Source: an uncultured delta proteobacterium
GTDB taxonomy: Bacteria; Myxococcota; Myxococcia; Myxococcales; Myxococcaceae
Direction of reading: 5' to 3'
Assembly: GCA_963776345.1 (NCBI GenBank)
Contig: CAVZMH010000022.1
Location: 352,001-416,000, forward strand
Length of the DNA stretch: 64,000 bases
In this document: positions 27,768-35,160 of the stretch, in pieces
Position numbering within the stretch: position 1 is the stretch's first letter
Layout of the letters: each line of letters starts with the position of its first letter
Notes under the pieces: model-generated
Databases searched by the model: none
Told to the model about the DNA's origin: nothing
Seen by the model: only the letters and a program-made list of their open reading frames with translations
Program-made: the position numbers and the translations under genes

Positions 27768-27783
27768 TGGCCTCAGGGGTGCA
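27768..27783 (+). promoter_or_regulatory. sigma54 -24/-12 promoter of paralogue 3
   Basis: TGGCCTCAGGGGTGCA (GG-N10-GC). Confidence 0.65.
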
Positions 27784-27841
27784 ATCCGATCCTGGCGTGG
27801 CCGGCGACGAACGCTGGCCTCCCCTTCGACCGGAGACCGCC

Positions 27842-28018
27842 ATGAAGACCTCGCAGACCTCGCTCAAGTCCTTCGAACAGATCGCCCGCAGCCGTGGCCT
27901 GGGCACGCTCGCCGTCGGCGGGCTGCTGATCGCCTTCTGGCTCGGTGGGCACGGCGCGCTCTACAGCGCCTACCGCGTCACCCGCTCCCACGCGCCGGTG
28001 GTGGTCGAGGCGGAGTGA
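27842..28018 (+). CDS. Small single-TM protein, paralogue 3 (58 aa, most divergent)
   Basis: GGAG RBS; MKTSQTSLKSFEQIARSRGLGTLAVGGLLIAFWLGGHGALYSAYRVTRSHAPVVVEAE. Confidence 0.72.
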   Translation: MKTSQTSLKSFEQIARSRGLGTLAVGGLLIAFWLGGHGALYSAYRVTRSHAPVVVEAE

Positions 28019-28027
28019 GGACGAGAG

Positions 28028-28060
28028 AGGGGCGTCGACCGGGACCCGGTCGAAGCCCTT
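28028..28060. terminator. Stem-loop between convergent paralogues 3 and 4
   Basis: GGGC-G-TCGACCGG gac CCGGTCGA-A-GCCC. Confidence 0.6.
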
Positions 28061-28079
28061 CGACCCATGGGCACCGGAC

Positions 28080-28259
28080 CTACCTCGAGTGCACCAGGAT
28101 GGTCGTCTCTCCCGCGAGCGGCGGCAGGGAAGACCGGGAGAAGTCCTGCATCAGCGCCGCGGAGAGCAGGAAGTACGCGAGGATCAGCGCTCCGCCGAGC
28201 AGCAGCCCGGACTCGCCGAAGACCGCGGAGCGGGGTGCATCGAAGAGCTGTGGCTGCAT
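28080..28259 (-). CDS. Small single-TM protein, paralogue 4 (59 aa)
   Basis: GGGGAG RBS; MQPQLFDAPRSAVFGESGLLLGGALILAYFLLSAALMQDFSRSSLPPLAGETTILVHSR. Confidence 0.72.
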   Translation of the reverse strand: MQPQLFDAPRSAVFGESGLLLGGALILAYFLLSAALMQDFSRSSLPPLAGETTILVHSR

Positions 28260-28305
28260 GATGGTCTCCCCTCGGCGCGCATCCGCCGGTGCGGCGCCTG
28301 GCGAC

Positions 28306-28321
28306 TGCACCGCGAGTGCCA
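28306..28321 (-). promoter_or_regulatory. sigma54 -24/-12 promoter of paralogue 4
   Basis: Minus strand TGGCACTCGCGGTGCA (GG-N10-GC). Confidence 0.75.
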
Positions 28322-28412
28322 GAGACCCGGGCCCTCGGACACCCGGGCCTGAGGCAGACCGCGCGGCGTGCCGAGAGGTGCGGATGGAGCGGGGCGAGGC
28401 GACCTCTCGCGC

Positions 28413-29456
28413 TCAGCTCCGTCGCAGGCTCGCGAGCCGCCCCTTCGTCCCGGGCCACTGCCGCTCGGGCATCCGCGAGAGCAGATCCAGCACCGTGTCC
28501 TGGAGCGTCTCCTGGGGATCCCGCGCCACGAAGCCCAGCTCGCGCTCGGCCTTCCGGGCGTCCAGCCAGAACCAGTGCTCGCCGATGTCCACGCTCGCGG
28601 CGTCCAGCGCCGGCTCGCGTCCGCGGGCCTCGGCCAGCTTCTCCAGCAGCTTCGCCCCGGCGACGTTGACCTTCGAGGGAAGCCGCAGCCGCGGCGCGGG
28701 GACGCCGGAGATGCGCTCCAGCCGGCCGAAGAACTCGGACATCGACATGTTCACGCCGAGGAGGTGCTTTCCCCCCACCTCGCCCCGCTCCAGCGCGGCG
28801 ACGAACGCCTCGGCCGCGTCGCGCACGTCGACGAAGCTGATTCCCCCGCCGGGCATCGCCGGCAGGTCCCGCTGGAGGAACTTCATCACCGTCCAGGTCG
28901 AGGACAGCCGCTCGTCGCCGGGCCCGAGCAGCAGGCTCGGGTTGAGCACCACCACCGGGGGGCCGTGCTTCCTCGTGAACTCGAGGACCAGCCGCTCCTC
29001 GTAGATCTTCGAGAGGTAGTACGGCCAGCGCCCGACGACGTCGATCGGCGGGAGGTCCTCCTCGGTCGCCACCCGCTCGGTGCGCGACACGGCGACGGTC
29101 CCGCTGGTGGACGCGAGGACCAGCCGCTGCAGGCCTCCCCGCGCCCGGACCTCCTCCAGAAGCCCGCGGGTGCCGGCCACGTGCAGCCGGTACATCGCCG
29201 GCCCGTCCGCGGGGTCGAAGGAGACCATCCCCGCGAGGTGGTACAGCACGTCCACCCCGGCCAGCGCCCGCTTCACCGCGGCGCGGTCGCCGAGGTCGCC
29301 CTGCACGAACTCGCCGTGCGACAGGAGCTCCGCCGCCGGCGCGTTGCGACCCAGCATCCGCACCCGGTGCCCCGCGGCCGCGAGGAGAGGAACGACGGCC
29401 TTCCCCAGGAATCCGGTGGCCCCGGTGACCAGGATGCTCCGTGGCGTCCCGCTCAC
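28413..29456 (-). CDS. NAD-dependent epimerase/dehydratase (extended SDR), ElbE-like by position
   Basis: ILVTGATGFLG, YYLSK (YxxxK); translationally coupled behind the elbD-like gene. Confidence 0.85.
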   Translation of the reverse strand: MSGTPRSILVTGATGFLGKAVVPLLAAAGHRVRMLGRNAPAAELLSHGEFVQGDLGDRAAVKRALAGVDVLYHLAGMVSFDPADGPAMYRLHVAGTRGLLEEVRARGGLQRLVLASTSGTVAVSRTERVATEEDLPPIDVVGRWPYYLSKIYEERLVLEFTRKHGPPVVVLNPSLLLGPGDERLSSTWTVMKFLQRDLPAMPGGGISFVDVRDAAEAFVAALERGEVGGKHLLGVNMSMSEFFGRLERISGVPAPRLRLPSKVNVAGAKLLEKLAEARGREPALDAASVDIGEHWFWLDARKAERELGFVARDPQETLQDTVLDLLSRMPERQWPGTKGRLASLRRS

Positions 29457-32400
29457 CGCGGGCCTCCGCCGGAGCTCCGGCGGGGCCGGGCCGGCGCCGG
29501 CGCCAGCTCCACGTCAGGCTCGAGCCAGAACACGCCGCCCTCTCGCAGCCGTCTGACCGCCTCCTCGGCGATGCGGGTCACCAGCCGGTAGCTCTCGCTC
29601 CGGGCGAGGCCCTGGGCGCGGCGCCGCAGCTCGGCGATGCCCAGCGCGGGGCCGATGCGCACCTGGATCTCGGTCTGCTTCGGAATCATGCTGCCCTTGG
29701 GCAGCGCCTCGTACGCGCCGTGGATGTGGATGGGCAGGATGTCCACCCCGTACGTCAGCGCGAGGTAGCCGAGCGTCGGGTAGAACTCACGCATCTGCCC
29801 GTCGGGAGAGCGCGTCCCCTCGGGGAAGAGCAAGAGATGATACCCGTGCTGGAGCGCGTCCCCCGCCAGCCGCAGCGACTCGCGCAGGCTCCCGTGCCTG
29901 TCCATGGGGATGAGGTTGGTGAAGTTCTCGAACCAGGCCCGCTTGAGCGGAGTGTCGAAGAAGTAGTCGCGCGCGGCGAGCGAGGCCATGCGCCCGCCCT
30001 GCTCCCCCAGCGCGTACTTCACCAGCCCCATGTCCAGGTGCGAGCTGTGGTTGGCGATGACCAGGAAGTTCCTGCTCTGCGGGACATAGGCCTTGCCCGA
30101 GACATCCACCTTGAAGACGCCCCCGAACGTCGCCTTCTGCCAGAGGTCGAGCAGCGAGCGCCCCAGCGTGGCGACCGGGGCCGGCACCGGGATCTCCCGG
30201 CTGCCCGGCTCGACCTCGGTGCGCGCGGGCTGCAGGCGCTCGGCGGGCTCGGCCAGGCGCCGCGCCGCGGAGCCGAGCAGCCGCGCCAGGTCCTTCACCG
30301 TCTCCACCCCGGAGAGGTCACCCGCCTCGGGGAGCGCGATGCCCGCCGACTCGAGCGCCACCGACAGCTCGGTCAGCATCAGCGAGTCGAATCCGAGGTC
30401 CGCCGCGAGCCGTGACTCGGGCCGCACCTCGCTCGCCGGCTTGCCGATGACCTCGGCCACCAGGCGCTGGAGCCAGTCGGTGGAGCTGCCGTGGGCGGCG
30501 GGACGCGCCTTCTCCCCGGAGGCGGCGAGCTTCTCCAGCCTCCGCAGCTCGTCCATCACCGGCTTGCGCTTCACTTTCCGGGTGCTGGTCTTCGGCAGCT
30601 CGCCGTCCCAGAAGCGCAGGATCTTGATCCGCCGGTGGAACGGCAGCTCGGAGGAGATCCGGCGGAAGTGCTCCTCGAGCTCGGTCCGCACCTCCTCGCG
30701 GCGCCGCTCGCCGTACTCCGGCACGCAGAGGCAGGCCACCGTCTCGCCGCCGGCCTCGTCCGGGAGCCCCACCACCGAGAGCTCCTTCACCGAGCGGTGG
30801 TCCCCGTAGAGCTCCTCCAGCTCGTCGGGGTACACGTTCTTCCCGTTGGCGTCGATGATGACGTCCTTCTTGCGGCCCACCAGGTACAGCTGGCCGTCGG
30901 CGTCCAGCCGGCCGAGGTCGCCGGTGTGGAGCCAGCCATCGCGGAGGCTCGCCTCGGTGGCCTCGCGGTCGGCGAAGTAGCCGGCCATCACGTTGGGCCC
31001 GCGGGCGCACACCTCGCCGATGCCCTCGTTGTCCGGGCCGTCGATGCGCAGCTCGATGCCCGGCAGCGCCTTGCCCACGCTCCCCGGCACGCGCTTGTTG
31101 TCCGGCGCCTGCACGCTGAGCACCGGCGCCGCCTCGGTGAGGCCATAGCCCTCCGCCAGGTCGAAGCCCAGCTGGTGGAAGGCCTTGTGCACCTCGTCCG
31201 GGAGCGCCGAGCCGCCGGAGACCAGGAACTTGATCCGCCCGCCGAACTTCCTGTGCACCGGCCAGAACAGCAGCTTGCCCAGGTTGACGTTCTTCCGGTT
31301 CCGCAGCGAGCCGTGCGCGGACATCAGCGCCCGCATCGCCTGCTCGACGATGGCCGGCTTGGCCGCCAGCTCCTGGGTCACCTTCCGGTGGAACAGCGTC
31401 CACAGCGCCGGCACGCCGATCATCGCGGTCACGTGTCCGGACTCGAGCACCTCGCCCAGCCGGTCGGTGGTGAGCTCGTCGAGGTACGTCACCTCGGCCC
31501 CCCGGCTGAACGGAGTGAGGAGCCCGGCGGAGAACTCGAAAGTGTGGTGAAGCGGCAGGACGGAGAGCAGCCCGTCCCCCACCCCGAAGTCGAACGAGGC
31601 GGCGAGCTTCGGGACCAGCGATGCGAAGTTCCGGTGGGTGAGCATCACGCCCTTGGGCGTGCCGGTGGTTCCCGAGGTGAAGATGAGCGAGGCCACGTCA
31701 TCCGGTGCGGCGCTCTTCCGCACCGCGCCGACGCGCCCGGGCTGCCCCGGGTCCCCCTCCATCGCCTGCGCCAGCGTGGCCAGGCTCGCCTCCAGCGACT
31801 GCTCGGACAGCGTGCGCCACAGGCCGGCGAGGTCGTGCGCCGCGTCCTCGGAGAGCAGCACCACCCGGGCCTGGCTCCGGCGGACGATGGCCACGACCTC
31901 TGTCTCCATAGAGGCCGGGTCGACGGGGACGACGGTGGCGCCCGCGCGGAGGATGCCGAAGTAGGCGATGGGCCACTCGGGGCGGTTCTCGGAGATGAGC
32001 AGCACCCGATCGCCAGGCTTCACCCCGGTGCGAAGCAGGAAGCTCCCCACCCTCGCCGCCCAGCGGTGGACCTCGCCGTAGGTGAAGCGCTCCTCGCGGT
32101 CGTCCTCCACCCGCCGGAAGGCCACCCGGTGCCGGTGGGCGTGCACCGCGGCGTCGAACAGCTCGAGCAGGTCGCGGTGGGCGTGAATCGCCTTGCGCCG
32201 CTCGCGCTCCTCCTCGAACCCGGGGAAGACCCACTTCTCCAGCCCCGGCAGGTGCACCTCGAGGAAGTAGCGCCGCCAGTCGATCCCCTGCGGGTCCCAC
32301 GGAATCTTCGCCGCGTCCTCCGGCTCCATCGCGGCGTAGAGCGCGCGGGTGTTGTCGCAGCGAAAGACGTACCGGTTCTCCCAGAGGAAGGGCAGGAAGA

Positions 32401-33853
32401 GGTCGATCAGCGACGAGAGCGAGGAGGCCTGCTCTTCCACCCGCTCCAGCTGGTCCTTGGCCCTGTCCAGGAAAGCCGAGACCCGCGGCGCCCCCCAGCG
32501 TGGCCCGTGGTCCTCGATGCCCTGCCTCAGCAGCCGCGCACCGGTGACGAAGAGCGGGGCAGAGCGGGTGAGGAAGGTCCGCTTGGAGACCGGCTGGGGC
32601 TCCATCCGGCTCTTGATGTCGTTGAGCAGCGCGCTCCCGGTCTCCTTCTCCCGGAAGAACTTGCGCCGGTAGAGCCCCACCAGCTCCACCGATCGCGCGG
32701 CGTAGAACGGGTTCTGGTCCCCGGAGGCCTGCTGGTACACCCGCCGCTCCGGGTGGGTCAGCGCCCGCGCGGTGATGGCGATCAGCGAGCCGGCCACCAG
32801 GTCCACCGGGATGATGTCCAGGATGGCGCGCTCGCCGGCGGGCACCAGGCGGTGGCCCTTCAGGCCGGCGAACGCCAGGGGCGCCGAGGTGGTGAAGCCC
32901 TCGTTCCACCCGGGGAAGGGGTAGCGCAGCGCGCTCTCCACGATGGTCGGGCGGACGATGGCGTACGCGAGGTCCGGCGTGCCGGCGATGACCTGCTCGC
33001 CGAGCGACTTGGTGTAGGTGTAGGTGTTGGGCCAGCCCCAGCTCCGGGCGCGGTCCATCCCCGCGTCGGTGAGCTTCCGGGTGAGCCAGAGCTTCCGCTC
33101 GCGGCCGACGGCCAGGCGGAGCGTCTTCTCGTCGCGCCCGTCGCGCCCCTCCTCCTCGAGCCGCTCGATGGCGTGGGCCCGGAACTCGGAAGTGAGCGCG
33201 TGGTCCTCGGCCTGCTCGCGCAGCCGCTTCACCAGCCGGGCGGCGTCATCGAGCTCGTTCTGCAGGGAGAAGTCACGTCCGTCCAGGTCGCCCTTCCGGG
33301 GGAAGTAGCCGACGATCTCCTCATCCTCGAAGACCAGCCCGCTCCGGTTGCCGGCGACGAACGCGGTGGAGATGTGCACCAGCGGGACGTTCAGTCGCCG
33401 GCACAGCTCGACCGCGTTCCGGACCCCGTAGGTGTTGATCTTCAGCCCGACCTCGAGCGGCGGGTTGAATGAGACCAGGCCCGCGCAGTTGACGACCACG
33501 TCCACCTGGCCGGCGAGCGCCTGGAGCTCCTCGGCGGAGAGGCCGAACAGCGGGTCGGTGATGTCGCCGTCGAGCACCCTGCAGCGCGCCTGGACGAAGG
33601 CCTCGGCCCGCTCGTCCCCGTGGTGGTCCCGGAGCGGCTGGAACGGCTCGCTCCGGACGACCTTCTCCAGGAAGCGGGCCTCGGCGCTGGTGGCCGAGCC
33701 GCGCCGGACCAGGACCCAGACCCGGCCCAGCACCTCCCCGTAGCGGTGGAGGAGCATCGAGAGGGTGACCTTGCCCAGGAAGCCGGTGCAGCCGGTGAGG
33801 AGGATGCGCTTGCCGGCGAGGGCGTCGGACACCGAGAGCACGGGTGATTCCAT
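29453..33853 (-). CDS. elbD: Multifunctional fatty acyl reductase - acyl-CoA synthetase - ACP - acyltransferase (ElbD-type ether lipid biosynthesis enzyme)
   Basis: FAR: TGCTGFLGK, WPNTYTYTK, IVRPTIV. Adenylation: FTSGTTGTPKG, GYGLTE, WLHTGDLG. ACP: DLGFDSL. PlsC: NHSSHLD, FPEGTRS. Same domain order as M. xanthus ElbD. Confidence 0.88.
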   Translation of the reverse strand: MESPVLSVSDALAGKRILLTGCTGFLGKVTLSMLLHRYGEVLGRVWVLVRRGSATSAEARFLEKVVRSEPFQPLRDHHGDERAEAFVQARCRVLDGDITDPLFGLSAEELQALAGQVDVVVNCAGLVSFNPPLEVGLKINTYGVRNAVELCRRLNVPLVHISTAFVAGNRSGLVFEDEEIVGYFPRKGDLDGRDFSLQNELDDAARLVKRLREQAEDHALTSEFRAHAIERLEEEGRDGRDEKTLRLAVGRERKLWLTRKLTDAGMDRARSWGWPNTYTYTKSLGEQVIAGTPDLAYAIVRPTIVESALRYPFPGWNEGFTTSAPLAFAGLKGHRLVPAGERAILDIIPVDLVAGSLIAITARALTHPERRVYQQASGDQNPFYAARSVELVGLYRRKFFREKETGSALLNDIKSRMEPQPVSKRTFLTRSAPLFVTGARLLRQGIEDHGPRWGAPRVSAFLDRAKDQLERVEEQASSLSSLIDLFLPFLWENRYVFRCDNTRALYAAMEPEDAAKIPWDPQGIDWRRYFLEVHLPGLEKWVFPGFEEERERRKAIHAHRDLLELFDAAVHAHRHRVAFRRVEDDREERFTYGEVHRWAARVGSFLLRTGVKPGDRVLLISENRPEWPIAYFGILRAGATVVPVDPASMETEVVAIVRRSQARVVLLSEDAAHDLAGLWRTLSEQSLEASLATLAQAMEGDPGQPGRVGAVRKSAAPDDVASLIFTSGTTGTPKGVMLTHRNFASLVPKLAASFDFGVGDGLLSVLPLHHTFEFSAGLLTPFSRGAEVTYLDELTTDRLGEVLESGHVTAMIGVPALWTLFHRKVTQELAAKPAIVEQAMRALMSAHGSLRNRKNVNLGKLLFWPVHRKFGGRIKFLVSGGSALPDEVHKAFHQLGFDLAEGYGLTEAAPVLSVQAPDNKRVPGSVGKALPGIELRIDGPDNEGIGEVCARGPNVMAGYFADREATEASLRDGWLHTGDLGRLDADGQLYLVGRKKDVIIDANGKNVYPDELEELYGDHRSVKELSVVGLPDEAGGETVACLCVPEYGERRREEVRTELEEHFRRISSELPFHRRIKILRFWDGELPKTSTRKVKRKPVMDELRRLEKLAASGEKARPAAHGSSTDWLQRLVAEVIGKPASEVRPESRLAADLGFDSLMLTELSVALESAGIALPEAGDLSGVETVKDLARLLGSAARRLAEPAERLQPARTEVEPGSREIPVPAPVATLGRSLLDLWQKATFGGVFKVDVSGKAYVPQSRNFLVIANHSSHLDMGLVKYALGEQGGRMASLAARDYFFDTPLKRAWFENFTNLIPMDRHGSLRESLRLAGDALQHGYHLLLFPEGTRSPDGQMREFYPTLGYLALTYGVDILPIHIHGAYEALPKGSMIPKQTEIQVRIGPALGIAELRRRAQGLARSESYRLVTRIAEEAVRRLREGGVFWLEPDVELAPAPARPRRSSGGGPR

Positions 33854-33964
33854 GGGTTCGAGGATGTGACTATCACCGGCGGCGGCCCCGGGGTGAAGCC
33901 CGGAGCGCCGCGGCGCGTCGCTCGTGGTTCGGGGGGGCGGGCCTGCGACATCCATGGGCTAGGC

Positions 33965-34175
33965 TCGGGCGCGACCGGCTACACCTCCTCGTACCGTACC
34001 AGCTGGGCTCGCCGGCGAGCGGCGTGCTCTGGGGCGTTCTGCCCCACATGCACACCAAGGGGCGGCGGGTGACGGTGAAGGCCGGGGACAGCTGCCTGGT
34101 CGACATCCCGTCGTGGGACTTCCACTGGCAGCAGGCGTACCTCTTCTCCACGCCGGTGCCGATCACCGTCGGGAC
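33965..34175 (+). pseudogene. Fragment of a copper type II (DBH/PHM-like) monooxygenase C-terminal domain
   Basis: GVLPHMHTKG..CLVDIPSWDFHWQQAYLFSTPV; no start, no C-terminal end, and a 5-bp tandem duplication CGTAC at 33990-33999. Confidence 0.65.
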
Positions 34176-34214
34176 GCAGCCCTTCGGCCCGCCGGCCTCG
34201 CTCCGCCGCCGGGC

Positions 34215-35002
34215 TCACCAGACCCGGCAGGCGCCGGCCCGCGCCATCGGCTTCCCCGCCGGGCAGCTGAACGCCTCGCGGAACTCGGGCTGGTTCGACA
34301 TCACGTGGTTCACCCGGTACTCGTGCAGCGAGTGGGGGTTGGTCCGGACGATCACCCGCGCGAACTCGGGGCGGATGGCCTGGCACCAGGAGAAGGCGTT
34401 CCCGGCGAAGAAGCGCTGGCGCGCCGTCAACTCCCGCCCTGGTCCACCATCAGGACGGTGGTCTGCGCGTCGGTGAAGTCGGGAGTCGACCCGAATCCGA
34501 AGAGCGCGGCGTCGGTGCCGTTGTTGCCCATCTCCGCGGCGCCGGGCAGCGCGAGGTGGAGCACGGCGATCTCCCGCGCCAGGTCGCGCTTGTCCTTCAG
34601 CCGGCTGATGCGGTCGAGGTCCGGCTTGATCGGGGAGAGCCCGGCCCGCTCGATGCCGGGCTCGTCCATGCAGGCGGCCCAGGCGTCGCCGATGAGGCGC
34701 TGGTTGGGGGAGCGGCCCGGGTCCGGCCGGGCAGCGTCGTCGAGCGTCTGGCGGAGGAGGTCCTTGCTCCAGAGGTTCAGCGGCGAGCTGGTGCCCCAGG
34801 CCACCTCCTCGGCGGGGATGGGATTGGCCCCCAGCCACCTCGAGCAGGTGAAGGCGTAGAAGTCGATGCAGGGGTCCTTGCTCCAGTCGAGGAGCGAGGC
34901 GTCGAACTGCGAGGGCTGCGGTGACTCGAGCGCGGCCGCCCGGGCGGCGGGAACGGCGGCGAGCGCGGTGAGGATCAAGACTCGGCACAGGCTGGGTCCC
35001 AC
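34215..35002 (-). pseudogene. M13 (neprilysin/ECE-like) metallopeptidase with a large internal deletion
   Basis: N-terminus (signal peptide, DPCIDFYAFTC, AACMDEPGIE, DQGG) joined out of frame at about 34433 to the extreme C-terminus (QRFF..WC..TNPHS..RVN..SNQPEFREAFSC..CRVW); HExxH is missing. Confidence 0.85.
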
Positions 35003-35160
35003 GGGGTCCTCCCTCGGCAGATCCGCGCCGGCTTACCCGTGCCCGAGCTCGGGGACTGGCGCCGCGCAGCGAACGGTCCGGCGCGGGACCGGGGAGGACG
35101 GTACCGGCCGGCGCGCGCCTCTCGCCGACCGCGGTCACCGCTCGGAGCTGAGCCCGGGCC

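Noticed and set aside
25423..28259. The four microproteins as Flp/type IV pilins or RiPP precursors
   Set aside because: No prepilin G|xxxxE(Y) motif, no double-glycine leader with a modifiable core, and no adjacent peptidase or maturase genes.
29453..33853. ElbD as an NRPS or novel megasynthase
   Set aside because: No condensation domain; the FAR-ACS-ACP-acyltransferase order matches the described ElbD.
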